A stretch of DNA of 64,000 nucleotides from Bryobacterales bacterium (GTDB lineage: Bacteria > Acidobacteriota > Terriglobia > Bryobacterales > UBA6623), in contig OZ243965.1 of the NCBI GenBank assembly GCA_965214655.1, forward strand, positions 141,033 to 205,032. Direction: 5' to 3'. The translations under genes were made by a program, and so were the position numbers. The notes under the pieces are model-generated. The model worked only from the letters and a program-made list of their open reading frames with translations. It searched no databases and was not told where the DNA came from. This document shows, in pieces, positions 1 through 8,535 of the stretch. Position 1 is the first letter of the stretch. Every line of letters begins with the position of its first letter.

Positions 1-35
1 GCAACAACTCCGAACCGGAGCTAGTTCTTGGCCCC

Positions 36-518
36 TCAACCAGGCCGGAAGGGGAGCACGTCCTCGCCCGGACGGAACGGCGGGGCCGCGGCGAGCTTCT
101 TGGCGATCTGTTCGACGTCGCTCTTCGACCAACTCTCCATCTTGTAGGCGATGCGGCCGTCCGACTCGATCAGAAACGCCGTCGGCACATGCGTGATCCC
201 GTAGGCGTTCGATACCGGATATTGCTCATCCTCCGCGTCGAACAATTCGGGCGCTTCGAAGCGGAACTCCGCATTGAACCGCTCGGTGTCCGCGGGCGTG
301 TCCTGCGAAATCGCGAACATCTTGGCGGACGAACCCTCGAGTTGCCGGGCCAGCCGGTCCAGAAAGGGCATGGCGTATTGGCACGTCGGACAGGAAATCT
401 TGAAGAAAGTCAGCAGCACCTGTCCGTCTTTCAATTCATCGGCTAGACGCACCCGCTTGCCGTCCGCCGCGGGAAGCGTAAAATCGGGAGCCTGAGAGTT
501 TTCGGGTAAAGCAGCCAT
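36..518 (-). CDS. TlpA/peroxiredoxin-like thiol-disulfide oxidoreductase (AhpC/TSA, redoxin fold)
   Basis: APDFTL...FFKISCPTCQ (CxxC), AISQD, YGITHVPTAFLI. Start placed at ATG 518 (TATCAT -10 box 7 nt upstream); the ORF track starts at 527. Confidence 0.85.
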   Translation of the reverse strand: MAALPENSQAPDFTLPAADGKRVRLADELKDGQVLLTFFKISCPTCQYAMPFLDRLARQLEGSSAKMFAISQDTPADTERFNAEFRFEAPELFDAEDEQYPVSNAYGITHVPTAFLIESDGRIAYKMESWSKSDVEQIAKKLAAAPPFRPGEDVLPFRPG

Positions 519-570
519 CTCTCCCATGATAAACCCTGCGGGTCGGGAATTCTCCTAAACTGAGAGTTCC

Positions 571-840
571 ATGTCCAAGACCGTGGGATTGGCGATCGTG
601 TTCGTTCTGGGCGTGGCGTGCCTGCTGGTTTACCTGTCTCTCGGACTGGCGCAGTTCACCTGCGAGGTCTGCATGGAATACAACGGGCGGACGAACTGCG
701 CCACGGCCTCCGGGACGACGAAGGACGAGGCCGTACGCACCGCTACGGACACGGCCTGCGCCACGATTTCGGCCGGCATGACCGAGAGCATCCAGTGCGG
801 CAATACCCCGCCCGTCAGCGTGACCTGGATCGAGCGCTGA
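571..840 (+). CDS. Small membrane-anchored Cys-rich hypothetical protein
   Basis: 89 aa; N-terminal hydrophobic helix followed by CEVC...NCATA...ACATI...QCG; TAAACT -10-like box just upstream. Confidence 0.7.
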   Translation: MSKTVGLAIVFVLGVACLLVYLSLGLAQFTCEVCMEYNGRTNCATASGTTKDEAVRTATDTACATISAGMTESIQCGNTPPVSVTWIER

Positions 841-1507
841 GCGGCCGGCGCCGCGTGTCTCCGGAGCGGTAGCGGCGCCAGCAGAAAGATAGAGCCGTCA
901 CTGAAGCAACGCCGAGCGCCGCGGCCCAGTCCGCGCCGGAGCCCCATGCGGGCGCGGCGCCCTTTCCCTGAACCGTCCCCGCGCCGTTCGCGGCAGCGCT
1001 CAAGGGCACGAGCAAAACCGCCGTCAGGTGGCTCCAGGCGGCCAAGCGAGACACTGCGCCGTCGCGTCGAATTTTTCCGAATCCGGCGCTGAGCGCCGCG
1101 GTGAGCAACAGATAGCCGGCGGCGACGGCGCAGCCCGCTTCAAGTCCTCCCAGCGCATTCGTCCGCTCCAGCACTGCCCGAGCGAGCAGGACAAGACCGA
1201 CCGCGAAGACCGGCGAAGGCAACATCTCCGCCAAGCCGCCGGCCGCCGCCTTCCCCGCCCGCCGCAAGCTCCGAAAGGCCAATGCCGCATGGAGCGCGAG
1301 ACCGCCCGCCCAAAACGCCGGGTGCGCCAGCCACGCCTCGACCTCGGCGGCGGACAAGGCCGCGCCCAAGCCGCCGGCGGCGAGGCCCGCAAGCAGCGTG
1401 ACGGCAGCGAACGCATACCCCAGCCGCGGCGGCCGCGCTCCGACTATCCACGCGTCGCGCGCCGCGAACACGGCGACCGCCCCGACAAACAACCAACTGC
1501 GCTCCAT
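815..1507 (-). CDS. Hypothetical multi-pass membrane protein
   Basis: 230 aa with several hydrophobic segments; fills the gap between neighbouring genes; no family recognised. Confidence 0.55.
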   Translation of the reverse strand: MERSWLFVGAVAVFAARDAWIVGARPPRLGYAFAAVTLLAGLAAGGLGAALSAAEVEAWLAHPAFWAGGLALHAALAFRSLRRAGKAAAGGLAEMLPSPVFAVGLVLLARAVLERTNALGGLEAGCAVAAGYLLLTAALSAGFGKIRRDGAVSRLAAWSHLTAVLLVPLSAAANGAGTVQGKGAAPAWGSGADWAAALGVASVTALSFCWRRYRSGDTRRRPLSARSRSR

Positions 1508-1564
1508 CCCCTACCGCTTAAGCTATCAGCTTCAGCAAACCGGAACGCTACAATGGTGCGTTCC

Positions 1565-2419
1565 ATGAGCATACGCATCGGCATCGTCGGAGGCAGCGGC
1601 CTCTACAAGATGGACGCTCTCGAAGACCGGCGCGAAATCACGGTCGAAACGCCTTGGGGCGCCCCCTCCGACGCCTACATCACGGGCAGGATCGCCGGGC
1701 GCGAAGTCGCCTTTCTGGCAAGGCACGGGCGCGGCCACCGCATCATGCCGTCGAATCTGAACTTCCGCGCGAACATCTACGGGATGAAAAAGCTGGGCGT
1801 CGAATACATCCTGTCGTTCAGCGCGGTCGGCTCTCTCCAGGAACGCCTGGAGCCGATTCACTTCGTCATCCCCGATCAGTTTTTCGACCGCACGCGCGGG
1901 CGCGCCTCGACGTTCTTCGACGAAGACGTCGTCGCCCACGTCGCTTTCGCCGATCCGCTTTGCCCGATCTTGTCCGCAGTCGCTGAAAACGCCTGCGCGG
2001 CGGCCGGAGTGACCGTGCACCGCGGGGGCACGTACTGTTGCATGGAAGGCCCGGCGTTTTCCACCAAAGCCGAGTCGCGCCTCTACCGCAGTTGGGGCTT
2101 CGACGTCATCGGCATGACCAACCTGCAAGAAGCCAAGCTCGCCCGCGAAGCCGAAATGTCGTACGCGACGATCGCCATGGTGACCGACTACGACTGCTGG
2201 CATCCAGAGCACGACGCTGTAACGGCAGGCGCCGTTCTCGAATATCTGGCTAAAAACTCCGAGAACGCGCAAAAAGTCGCGGTCGAAGCGGTCAAGCGCA
2301 TTCCCGATGCCCCGAGCCCGTACGCCTCGGCGCTGCGTCATGCGATCCTGACCGACCACGCGAAAATTTCCGACGCGGCCAAACGGAAGTACGACTTGCT
2401 GATCGGCAAGTATCTTTGA
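1565..2419 (+). CDS. mtnP: S-methyl-5'-thioadenosine phosphorylase
   Basis: IGIVGGSGLY, TPWGAPSD, FLARHGRGH, CMEGPAFSTKAES, IGMTNLQEAKLAREAE, VTDYDCW motifs; true start is ATG 1565 inside ORF 1028..2419. Confidence 0.95.
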   Translation: MSIRIGIVGGSGLYKMDALEDRREITVETPWGAPSDAYITGRIAGREVAFLARHGRGHRIMPSNLNFRANIYGMKKLGVEYILSFSAVGSLQERLEPIHFVIPDQFFDRTRGRASTFFDEDVVAHVAFADPLCPILSAVAENACAAAGVTVHRGGTYCCMEGPAFSTKAESRLYRSWGFDVIGMTNLQEAKLAREAEMSYATIAMVTDYDCWHPEHDAVTAGAVLEYLAKNSENAQKVAVEAVKRIPDAPSPYASALRHAILTDHAKISDAAKRKYDLLIGKYL

Positions 2420-2441
2420 GGCTTTCCATCCGAGAAAATCC

Positions 2442-3356
2442 ATGTCTCTTCTGGTAGTGGGCTCCGTCGCCTACGACGGCATCGAAACCCCGCACGGCAA
2501 GGTGGAGCGCATGCTCGGCGGCGCCGCAACCTACATCGCCTTGTCCGCCGGCTATTTTTCGCCGGTGAAGCTGGTCGGCATTGTCGGCAGCGACTTCGCC
2601 GCCGAAGACGAGGCCGTGCTCCACGATCACGGCGTCGATCTCGATGGTCTCGAAAAAGCCGCAGGCAAAACCTTTTTTTGGCGAGGGGTCTACTCCAACG
2701 ACATGAACGTCCGCGAAACGATCGCTACGGAACTGAACGTTTTCGCGGACTTCAACCCGCAATTGCCGGACTCCTACCGCGAAACGCCGTACATCATGCT
2801 GGGCAACATCCACCCTTCTTTGCAGGCCCGGGTGCGGAGCCAAGCCGCTGCTCCGCGTTTCGTAGGCGGCGACACGATGAATTTCTGGATCGCAGGCGAG
2901 CCGCGGGAGCTCGCCAAAGCAATTCGCGGCTGGAACTTCATCCTGATCAACGACATGGAAGCCCGCCAGCTTTCCGGCCATTACAATTTGCGCGCCGCCG
3001 CGCGGACAATCCGCGAAATGGGCCCGCAAACCGTGGTGATCAAGCGCGGCGAGTACGGCGCGGCGCTGTTCCACGACGGCCGGCGCTTCATCGCTCCGGG
3101 CTACTTGCTCGAAGAAGTCTTCGACCCCACCGGAGCGGGCGATTCGTTCGCCGGAGGATTCATGGGCTACCTCGCCGAGCAAGGCGTCATAGCCGGCGGC
3201 GCGGACATTGAAGCGCATCTGCGCCGGGCGATGATCTACGGCTCGGTCATGGGCAGCTTCTGCTGCGAGCAGTTCGGCATCGGCCGCCTGCGCACGTTGA
3301 CGCGCGGGCAAATCGATGAGCGCTTCGAGGAATTCCGCCGCTTCACCGAGTTTTAG
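2442..3356 (+). CDS. PfkB/ribokinase-family kinase (probably nucleoside or sugar kinase)
   Basis: VVGSVAYD, LGGAATY, VIKRGEYGA, DPTGAGDSFAGGF PfkB signature; directly follows mtnP. Confidence 0.9.
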   Translation: MSLLVVGSVAYDGIETPHGKVERMLGGAATYIALSAGYFSPVKLVGIVGSDFAAEDEAVLHDHGVDLDGLEKAAGKTFFWRGVYSNDMNVRETIATELNVFADFNPQLPDSYRETPYIMLGNIHPSLQARVRSQAAAPRFVGGDTMNFWIAGEPRELAKAIRGWNFILINDMEARQLSGHYNLRAAARTIREMGPQTVVIKRGEYGAALFHDGRRFIAPGYLLEEVFDPTGAGDSFAGGFMGYLAEQGVIAGGADIEAHLRRAMIYGSVMGSFCCEQFGIGRLRTLTRGQIDERFEEFRRFTEF

Positions 3357-3384
3357 CTTGCCCCGATGCTATACTCCGGCATCC

Positions 3385-3750
3385 ATGTCCCGGCCGTTTT
3401 ATTTCGAGATTCTGTCCGCCGAGCCGGAGAAGACGATCGCCTTCTACAAGAGCGTCTTCGGTTGGCGGTTCAACGAACAAGGCCCGCAAGCCTACTGGCC
3501 GGCCGAAACCGGCCCCGCCGACCGCCCCGGCATAAACGGCGCCGTCATGGGCAACCATTTCGACCAGAGGGTCGTCCATACCATCCAGGCGGACTCGCTC
3601 GAGGATGCCCTGGCGAAAGTCGAGGCCGGCGGCGGCAAGAAAATTCACGGGCCGACGCAGATTCCGGGCGTCGGCCTGCATGCTTACTGTGCGGACCCGT
3701 TGGGAACGATTTTCGGCGTCCTGCAACCGGCTGCCCCGGCCGGCTCATGA
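3385..3750 (+). CDS. VOC/glyoxalase-bleomycin resistance family protein
   Basis: FEI..AFYKSVFGW..GINGAV..KVEAGGGK..IPGVGLHAYCADPLG. Confidence 0.9.
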   Translation: MSRPFYFEILSAEPEKTIAFYKSVFGWRFNEQGPQAYWPAETGPADRPGINGAVMGNHFDQRVVHTIQADSLEDALAKVEAGGGKKIHGPTQIPGVGLHAYCADPLGTIFGVLQPAAPAGS

Positions 3751-3814
3751 GAGCTCTGACACAGGCGCCCGCCCGCTGTCGAAGCGGGCCGGCGGCGTCC
3801 GCATCGCGCCAGCG

Positions 3815-4810
3815 TTGGCGGCGCTGCTCATTGCAGCGTCCTCCGATGCCGCCGCGGACACGAAGCAGGCCGGCAACGCAGCCCCCGTCACTTTCTCCAA
3901 AGGCATTCGCGCGCGTATCGAAAATGGGAAGCTGCGGCCGGCCAAGCTGGTCTTCGCCGACCGCGCCGTGACCGTCGAGCAAGGCTCGATCCCACCGCTG
4001 CGATTTGCATACAGCGACCTTCAGGTGCGCCGCGGACGGCACTACCGCGGCGGCCCTCTGTTCGAGCCGCGCTTGATTCTGGAAATACTCCTCGGCAGCC
4101 CGTCGATTGTCATGAGCAGCGCGGGTGCGGCAGTGGCCGCAGTTGGCGGCGCAATCGCGGGAACCACCGGAACGATGTTGATCGTTCGCCTGATCAACCG
4201 CAATCGGGGCTACTGGTTGGAACTGCACACGCACCGACCCAATCGGAGCGCATATCTACGCCTCCCGCGCAAGCAGCAACTCCGCCAAGCGCTCTCCGCA
4301 GAGCTCGCGCGGAGAATTCCGAAAGAATTGATCGTGAGACCGCCGGACGCCGCGCCAAACCCTCAGGGTCGATACGTCCCGGCGGAAGGCGACCTTGCCC
4401 CCGACTTCATGCTCGAAGACATGGACGGGACATCGTGGAGACTGTCAGAGTTGCAAGGCAAAGTCGTGTTGCTGAACTTTTGGGCGACGTGGTGCGGGCC
4501 GTGCCGGGAGGAAATGCCGCACCTGGAGAATCTTCACCGCAGGTTTGCGGAACAGGGTCTGGTCGTGCTCGGCGTCAACGACGAGACTGCGGATCGAGCG
4601 CGGCAATTCCTTGAAGAAACCGGAATCACGTTCCCCAACCTGCATAGCGCGGACGGGCAGGAATTCCGGCTGTACGCCATCGACGCCATCCCCACCAGCC
4701 TGATCGTCGACCGCAGCGGACGGATTCGCAAAAGGTTCTCGGGTTTTCCGGGAGAACGGTTTCTCGCCAAGGACATCAAGGAAGCTCTCGCCGCGGCAAA
4801 ACCCAAGTAA
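3815..4810 (+). CDS. TlpA-family disulfide reductase with a long unknown N-terminal domain
   Basis: C-terminal APDFML..VVLLNFWATWCGPCREEMP..AIPTSLIVDRSG. Start uncertain: TTG 3815 chosen before a signal-like segment, ORF open from 3605. Confidence 0.8.
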   Translation: MAALLIAASSDAAADTKQAGNAAPVTFSKGIRARIENGKLRPAKLVFADRAVTVEQGSIPPLRFAYSDLQVRRGRHYRGGPLFEPRLILEILLGSPSIVMSSAGAAVAAVGGAIAGTTGTMLIVRLINRNRGYWLELHTHRPNRSAYLRLPRKQQLRQALSAELARRIPKELIVRPPDAAPNPQGRYVPAEGDLAPDFMLEDMDGTSWRLSELQGKVVLLNFWATWCGPCREEMPHLENLHRRFAEQGLVVLGVNDETADRARQFLEETGITFPNLHSADGQEFRLYAIDAIPTSLIVDRSGRIRKRFSGFPGERFLAKDIKEALAAAKPK

Positions 4811-4897
4811 GATCGGCATCGCGTCAAGCTCCGCTGTTGCCCCGCCGGCCGGGAATGGCGTAACTTGGACAGAGCCGAGAGGAGATTCCAACCCCCA

Positions 4898-6358
4898 ATG
4901 AACTTGCAAACGGCCCTCTGCCTGCCGCCTTTGCTATGCGCCGCGACCGCATGCTCGCCGCCGCCTGTCGAAGAAGCGTCCCGGCGTCCGAATTTCATCA
5001 TCATCTTCGCTGACGATCAGGGTTACGGCGACCTCGGCGTTTTCGGCGCGATGGATTTCAAGACGCCGCGCATCGATCGAATGGCCCGTGAGGGCATGAT
5101 TTTTACTGACTTCTACGCCCAACCCGTCTGCGGGCCTTCCCGCACCGCGCTCCTGACCGGCAGCTACCCCATTCGCGTGGGCGAGTACGGCAACGAAAAA
5201 AACAGTTTCCCCTATGTTCATGAACAGGAGATTCTGCTGCCCAAGGTCCTGCAGCAGGCCGGCTACGCCACCGGCATGATCGGCAAAGTGGACATCACGC
5301 AGCGCAGGCGCGGCTTCAGGCCGGAATTGAATCCGGTGCGGCGCGGCTTCGACTTCTGGTTCGGCGTGGTCGGCGCCAACGACGACGGCAAGGTCCACTG
5401 GGTTCACCGCAACGAAGAAAAGATCGAAGAGTCGGCGGGCGTCGACGACCTGACGAGGCGCTATACGGACGAAGCCCTCGCCTTCATCCGCCGCAACAAA
5501 GACCGGCCTTTCTTTCTCTACGTCGCGCACACCATGGCGCACGTCGTTCTCGGCGTCACCGAGCCGTTCCGGGGCCGCTCCGAACGCGGCCTCTACGGAG
5601 ACGTGATCGAAGAGCTCGACGCCTCCGCCGGGGAGATCGTCGATCTTCTTCGCGAGCTGGAGATCGACCGAAACACGATCGTGGCGTATACCTCGGACAA
5701 CGGGCCGTGGAGCAACCATTCGCTGCCCCAATACACCGCGGCGATCACCGAGCACGCGGGGTCGGCGGGGCCGCTGCGCGGCGCGAAGGGAACCACGTGG
5801 GAAGGCGGCATCCGCGTCCCCTGCGTGATGTGGGGGCCCGGACATATCCCCGCCGGCGCGCGCACCGCGGAGATCGCTTCGACGATGGATCTCTTGCCCA
5901 CGTTCCTCGCCATGGCCGGCGCCGAGCCGCCCGCCGACCGCACTCTGGACGGACGCGACATCTCCGCGCTCATGTTGGGCAAGCCCGGCGCAAAGAGTCC
6001 GCACGAAGCGTTCTATTACTATCGGGAAACTCATCTGGACGCCGTCCGCAGCGGCCCCTGGAAGCTCGTTTTCCCGCGTCCGGGACGCAACGAATCCGAA
6101 TGGCTGCTCTCGCGCGGCGGCGCGTTTCTGGGCGAGTTGCTCGAACCCGTCACGGAACTCGAGCTCTACAATCTCGAGACGGACATCGGCGAGCGGAACA
6201 ACGCGGCGGCGCAGAATCCCGAAATTGTGGAGCGACTGACCGCGCTGGCGGACAAGGCCCGCGCGGAACTCGGCGACTACGACCGCATCGGCAGCGGGGT
6301 GCGCTTCTTCGAAGACGGCCCCAGATGGCCGCGCCGCCGACAGTGGATGAAGCAATAG
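4898..6358 (+). CDS. Sulfatase (arylsulfatase A-like), probable lipoprotein
   Basis: RPNFIIIFADDQGYGD, CGPSRTALLTG (CxPxR formylglycine motif), SDNG, WEGGIRVP, ELYNLETDIGE; ATAC lipobox-like segment. Confidence 0.93.
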   Translation: MNLQTALCLPPLLCAATACSPPPVEEASRRPNFIIIFADDQGYGDLGVFGAMDFKTPRIDRMAREGMIFTDFYAQPVCGPSRTALLTGSYPIRVGEYGNEKNSFPYVHEQEILLPKVLQQAGYATGMIGKVDITQRRRGFRPELNPVRRGFDFWFGVVGANDDGKVHWVHRNEEKIEESAGVDDLTRRYTDEALAFIRRNKDRPFFLYVAHTMAHVVLGVTEPFRGRSERGLYGDVIEELDASAGEIVDLLRELEIDRNTIVAYTSDNGPWSNHSLPQYTAAITEHAGSAGPLRGAKGTTWEGGIRVPCVMWGPGHIPAGARTAEIASTMDLLPTFLAMAGAEPPADRTLDGRDISALMLGKPGAKSPHEAFYYYRETHLDAVRSGPWKLVFPRPGRNESEWLLSRGGAFLGELLEPVTELELYNLETDIGERNNAAAQNPEIVERLTALADKARAELGDYDRIGSGVRFFEDGPRWPRRRQWMKQ

Positions 6359-6386
6359 CCCCTGCGTTTTCCCCTCGATCCCTCAA

Positions 6387-6422
6387 AAAAACGGGCCGCG
6401 CCGGTAAGCGGCGGCCCGTTTT
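6387..6422. terminator. Probable bidirectional intrinsic terminator
   Basis: AAAACGGGCCGC-11 nt-GCGGCCCGTTTT inverted repeat about 30 nt after the sulfatase stop. Confidence 0.6.
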
Positions 6423-6663
6423 CGGGAAGAAAAAGCCGGCTACGCGCCGATGCGGAAAGGCGCCCTCGTCCGGGTCACCGCGACTACCGCCGGCCGGTTC
6501 GGCGCCCTGCCGTCGGGAAAGGCGGAAACCGGCTCCTGACGGGTCCCGCCCTCTCCGGGATGCTGCACGGATGTGGATGTCCAATCTCCGCGGCTGGCCG
6601 TTGGTGACGATCAGCGGCATGCCCCCGCCCGGTCGGGATGGAAGCTGCGCGCGGATACACTGG

Positions 6664-7959
6664 ATGATGGCCCGCAACTTCATCGCCGCGGCGGCGTTGC
6701 CGGCGATCCTCTGGGCGGTTCCGGCGTTCGCGGCCGAACCGGCGGCGGGCCTTCCAATCCGCGAAATCCGCATACACGGCCTGCGCTACACGCGCGAGGC
6801 TCTCGTGCGCAATCAACCCACTTCTCGAGTCGGCGAGCCGTACAGCAGGGAAACGGCCGCGCGCGACCATGAGCGGCTCGACCGGCTGGCGGTATTCAGC
6901 AGCATCGCAATCGAACCCGAGGCGGCCGGCGGCGCAGTCGTCGTCCACGTCCGCGTGACGGAAACCTCCCGCTGGGCGCTGGTCCCCACGCTTTCGGCTG
7001 TCGGAGAAAACGGCATCTCGATAGGGGCCGGCATAAAAACGGCCGGCGCGCTCGGACGCGCGATTTCCGCTTCCCTCAACACGCGCTTCGGCGGCCAGCA
7101 AAAACTCGGGTTTCTCCTGGACTCGCCTTGGGGATTGCGCGACAAAACCTGGTTCGGCGGAGAGATCAATGCCCTCAGCAGGACAAACGAGCTGGACCGC
7201 TTCCCGGAAAAAGCCCTGGAAGGCGAAGCGCGGGGCGGGTTCCAATTCGGCCCAAGCCTTCGACTGGGAGGGAGGTTCGAATTTCTGACGGTCCGCTCAG
7301 GTCTCCCCGAGGCCACGCTTTCCGGCAAGCGGACCGAGTCGACGCCGGGCCTGGGGTTGATCGCGGCCTACGACACGCGCGATCTGTGGTCGGATACGCA
7401 CCGCGGCTGGCAGAACGTTCTGACGTTCACGCGCTACGGCGGCTTTCTCGGCGGCCCCGGCGACTTCAGCAAAACGATGGTGGACATCCGGCGCTACCAG
7501 CCGCTGGCGAAAAAGCACACGTTGGCCGTGTTTTCGTTTTCGACGTTCCAGAGCGGCGAAGTCGGCGTCGATATTCCTGTTTACCGCGATTTTCACCTGG
7601 GCGGCACGAACAGTATCCGCGGCTGGTCGGATCTGAACGCGCGCGCGGGCAAGAACCAGCTCATCAATACGGTCGAGTACCGTTACGACCTGGTAAAACC
7701 GAAGCCGTTTCGGATATTCGGCGCGAACCTCTACACCGGGCTGAAGCTCGCGGTATTCGGCGACATCGGCGCCGTATGGAACGAGAGCGCCCAATTCAGC
7801 CGGAATTTCATCGGCGGCGTCGGCGTCGGGCTACGCCTGATCGTGCCTTTCATTCAGATGATCCGCGTCGATCTGGCATTTGGCGAAAGAGGAGAAGGGC
7901 TCATTCCTCACTTCGGCCTCCGGGAAAAAGCGTTTCATCACCCGAGGCGGGTGCGGTAG
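6664..7959 (+). CDS. Omp85/BamA-TamA family outer-membrane protein (single POTRA + barrel), copy 1
   Basis: Signal peptide; IREIRIHGLRYTRE..VGEPYS..RLDRLAVFSSI POTRA; AYDTRD, FHLGGTNSIRGW, NTVEYRY, GVGVGLRL..IRVDLAFG barrel motifs. Confidence 0.88.
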   Translation: MMARNFIAAAALPAILWAVPAFAAEPAAGLPIREIRIHGLRYTREALVRNQPTSRVGEPYSRETAARDHERLDRLAVFSSIAIEPEAAGGAVVVHVRVTETSRWALVPTLSAVGENGISIGAGIKTAGALGRAISASLNTRFGGQQKLGFLLDSPWGLRDKTWFGGEINALSRTNELDRFPEKALEGEARGGFQFGPSLRLGGRFEFLTVRSGLPEATLSGKRTESTPGLGLIAAYDTRDLWSDTHRGWQNVLTFTRYGGFLGGPGDFSKTMVDIRRYQPLAKKHTLAVFSFSTFQSGEVGVDIPVYRDFHLGGTNSIRGWSDLNARAGKNQLINTVEYRYDLVKPKPFRIFGANLYTGLKLAVFGDIGAVWNESAQFSRNFIGGVGVGLRLIVPFIQMIRVDLAFGERGEGLIPHFGLREKAFHHPRRVR

Positions 7960-8031
7960 GCCGCGGCCGATACGGCAACAGCGCGCAGCGCGAACGCGGC
8001 GCAATCGCACAACCTGCAAAAATCAAGGCGG

Positions 8032-8108
8032 CGGGGCGTAGCGCAGCATGGCAGCGCGCTTGCCTCGAGGGCAAGAGGTCCCGAGTTCAAATCTTGGCTC
8101 CCCGACCG
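8032..8108 (+). tRNA. Degenerate tRNA-Pro copy with CGA anticodon (pseudo-tRNA or anticodon-shifted tRNA)
   Basis: Full cloverleaf with 8 differences from the tRNA-Pro at 10105: anticodon loop CTCGAGG, C6-T67 acceptor mismatch, G-T pair in the T stem, 3' ACCG instead of ACCA. Confidence 0.8.
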
Positions 8109-8129
8109 TTTCCTTTCAGCGGCCCAAAC

Positions 8130-8476
8130 GGAAATTTCACGGGTTGTTTTGCCCTGACTCATGGCATACGGAGGGCGGTTTCAAGTGGAACGCAAACAGC
8201 GATTTGCAGCCATGCATATGGCCGCGTTCATGGCGTAAAACGTCTTGTATCAATTGTGTTTTGTGCTATGAATGATGATTGGAAATTTCGGATATCGAGC
8301 GCGTCCCCAACCGCAACTCGCCGCCCGCCATCCTCTTGCGCGAGTCCTGCCGCGAGCCCGGGCCGGTCAAAAAGCGCACCCTCGCCAAGCTCTCCAAACT
8401 GCCCGCCGGGGCCATCGAGACCCTGCGCCGCGTCCTGCCGCGGGAAGCGGCTGCTCAAAGCATTTCGATTGCATGA
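8130..8476 (+). mobile_element. IS1634-family remnant (left end plus N-terminal transposase fragment)
   Basis: 8279..8476 encodes IERVPNRNSPPAILLRES.RE.G.VKKRTLA.LSKLP..AIE.LRRVL, the typical IS1634 transposase N-terminus; AT-richer upstream segment; truncated; left boundary approximate. Confidence 0.75.
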
Positions 8477-8535
8477 CAAGGCCGCTGCATGCTCTCGCCG
8501 GTCGGGATGGAAGCCGCGCACGGATACACTGGTTG

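Noticed and set aside
6440-6620. Possible riboswitch upstream of Omp85 copy 1, and a CCCTGCCGTCGGGAA 15-mer shared with ~59353
   Set aside because: No recognisable aptamer consensus; a single 15-mer match is plausible by chance in 64 kb of GC-rich DNA.
8032-8108. attL/attR of an integrative element at tRNA-Pro
   Set aside because: The whole tRNA and the upstream Omp85 gene are duplicated, not just a tRNA 3' end, and no integrase is present; segmental duplication fits better.
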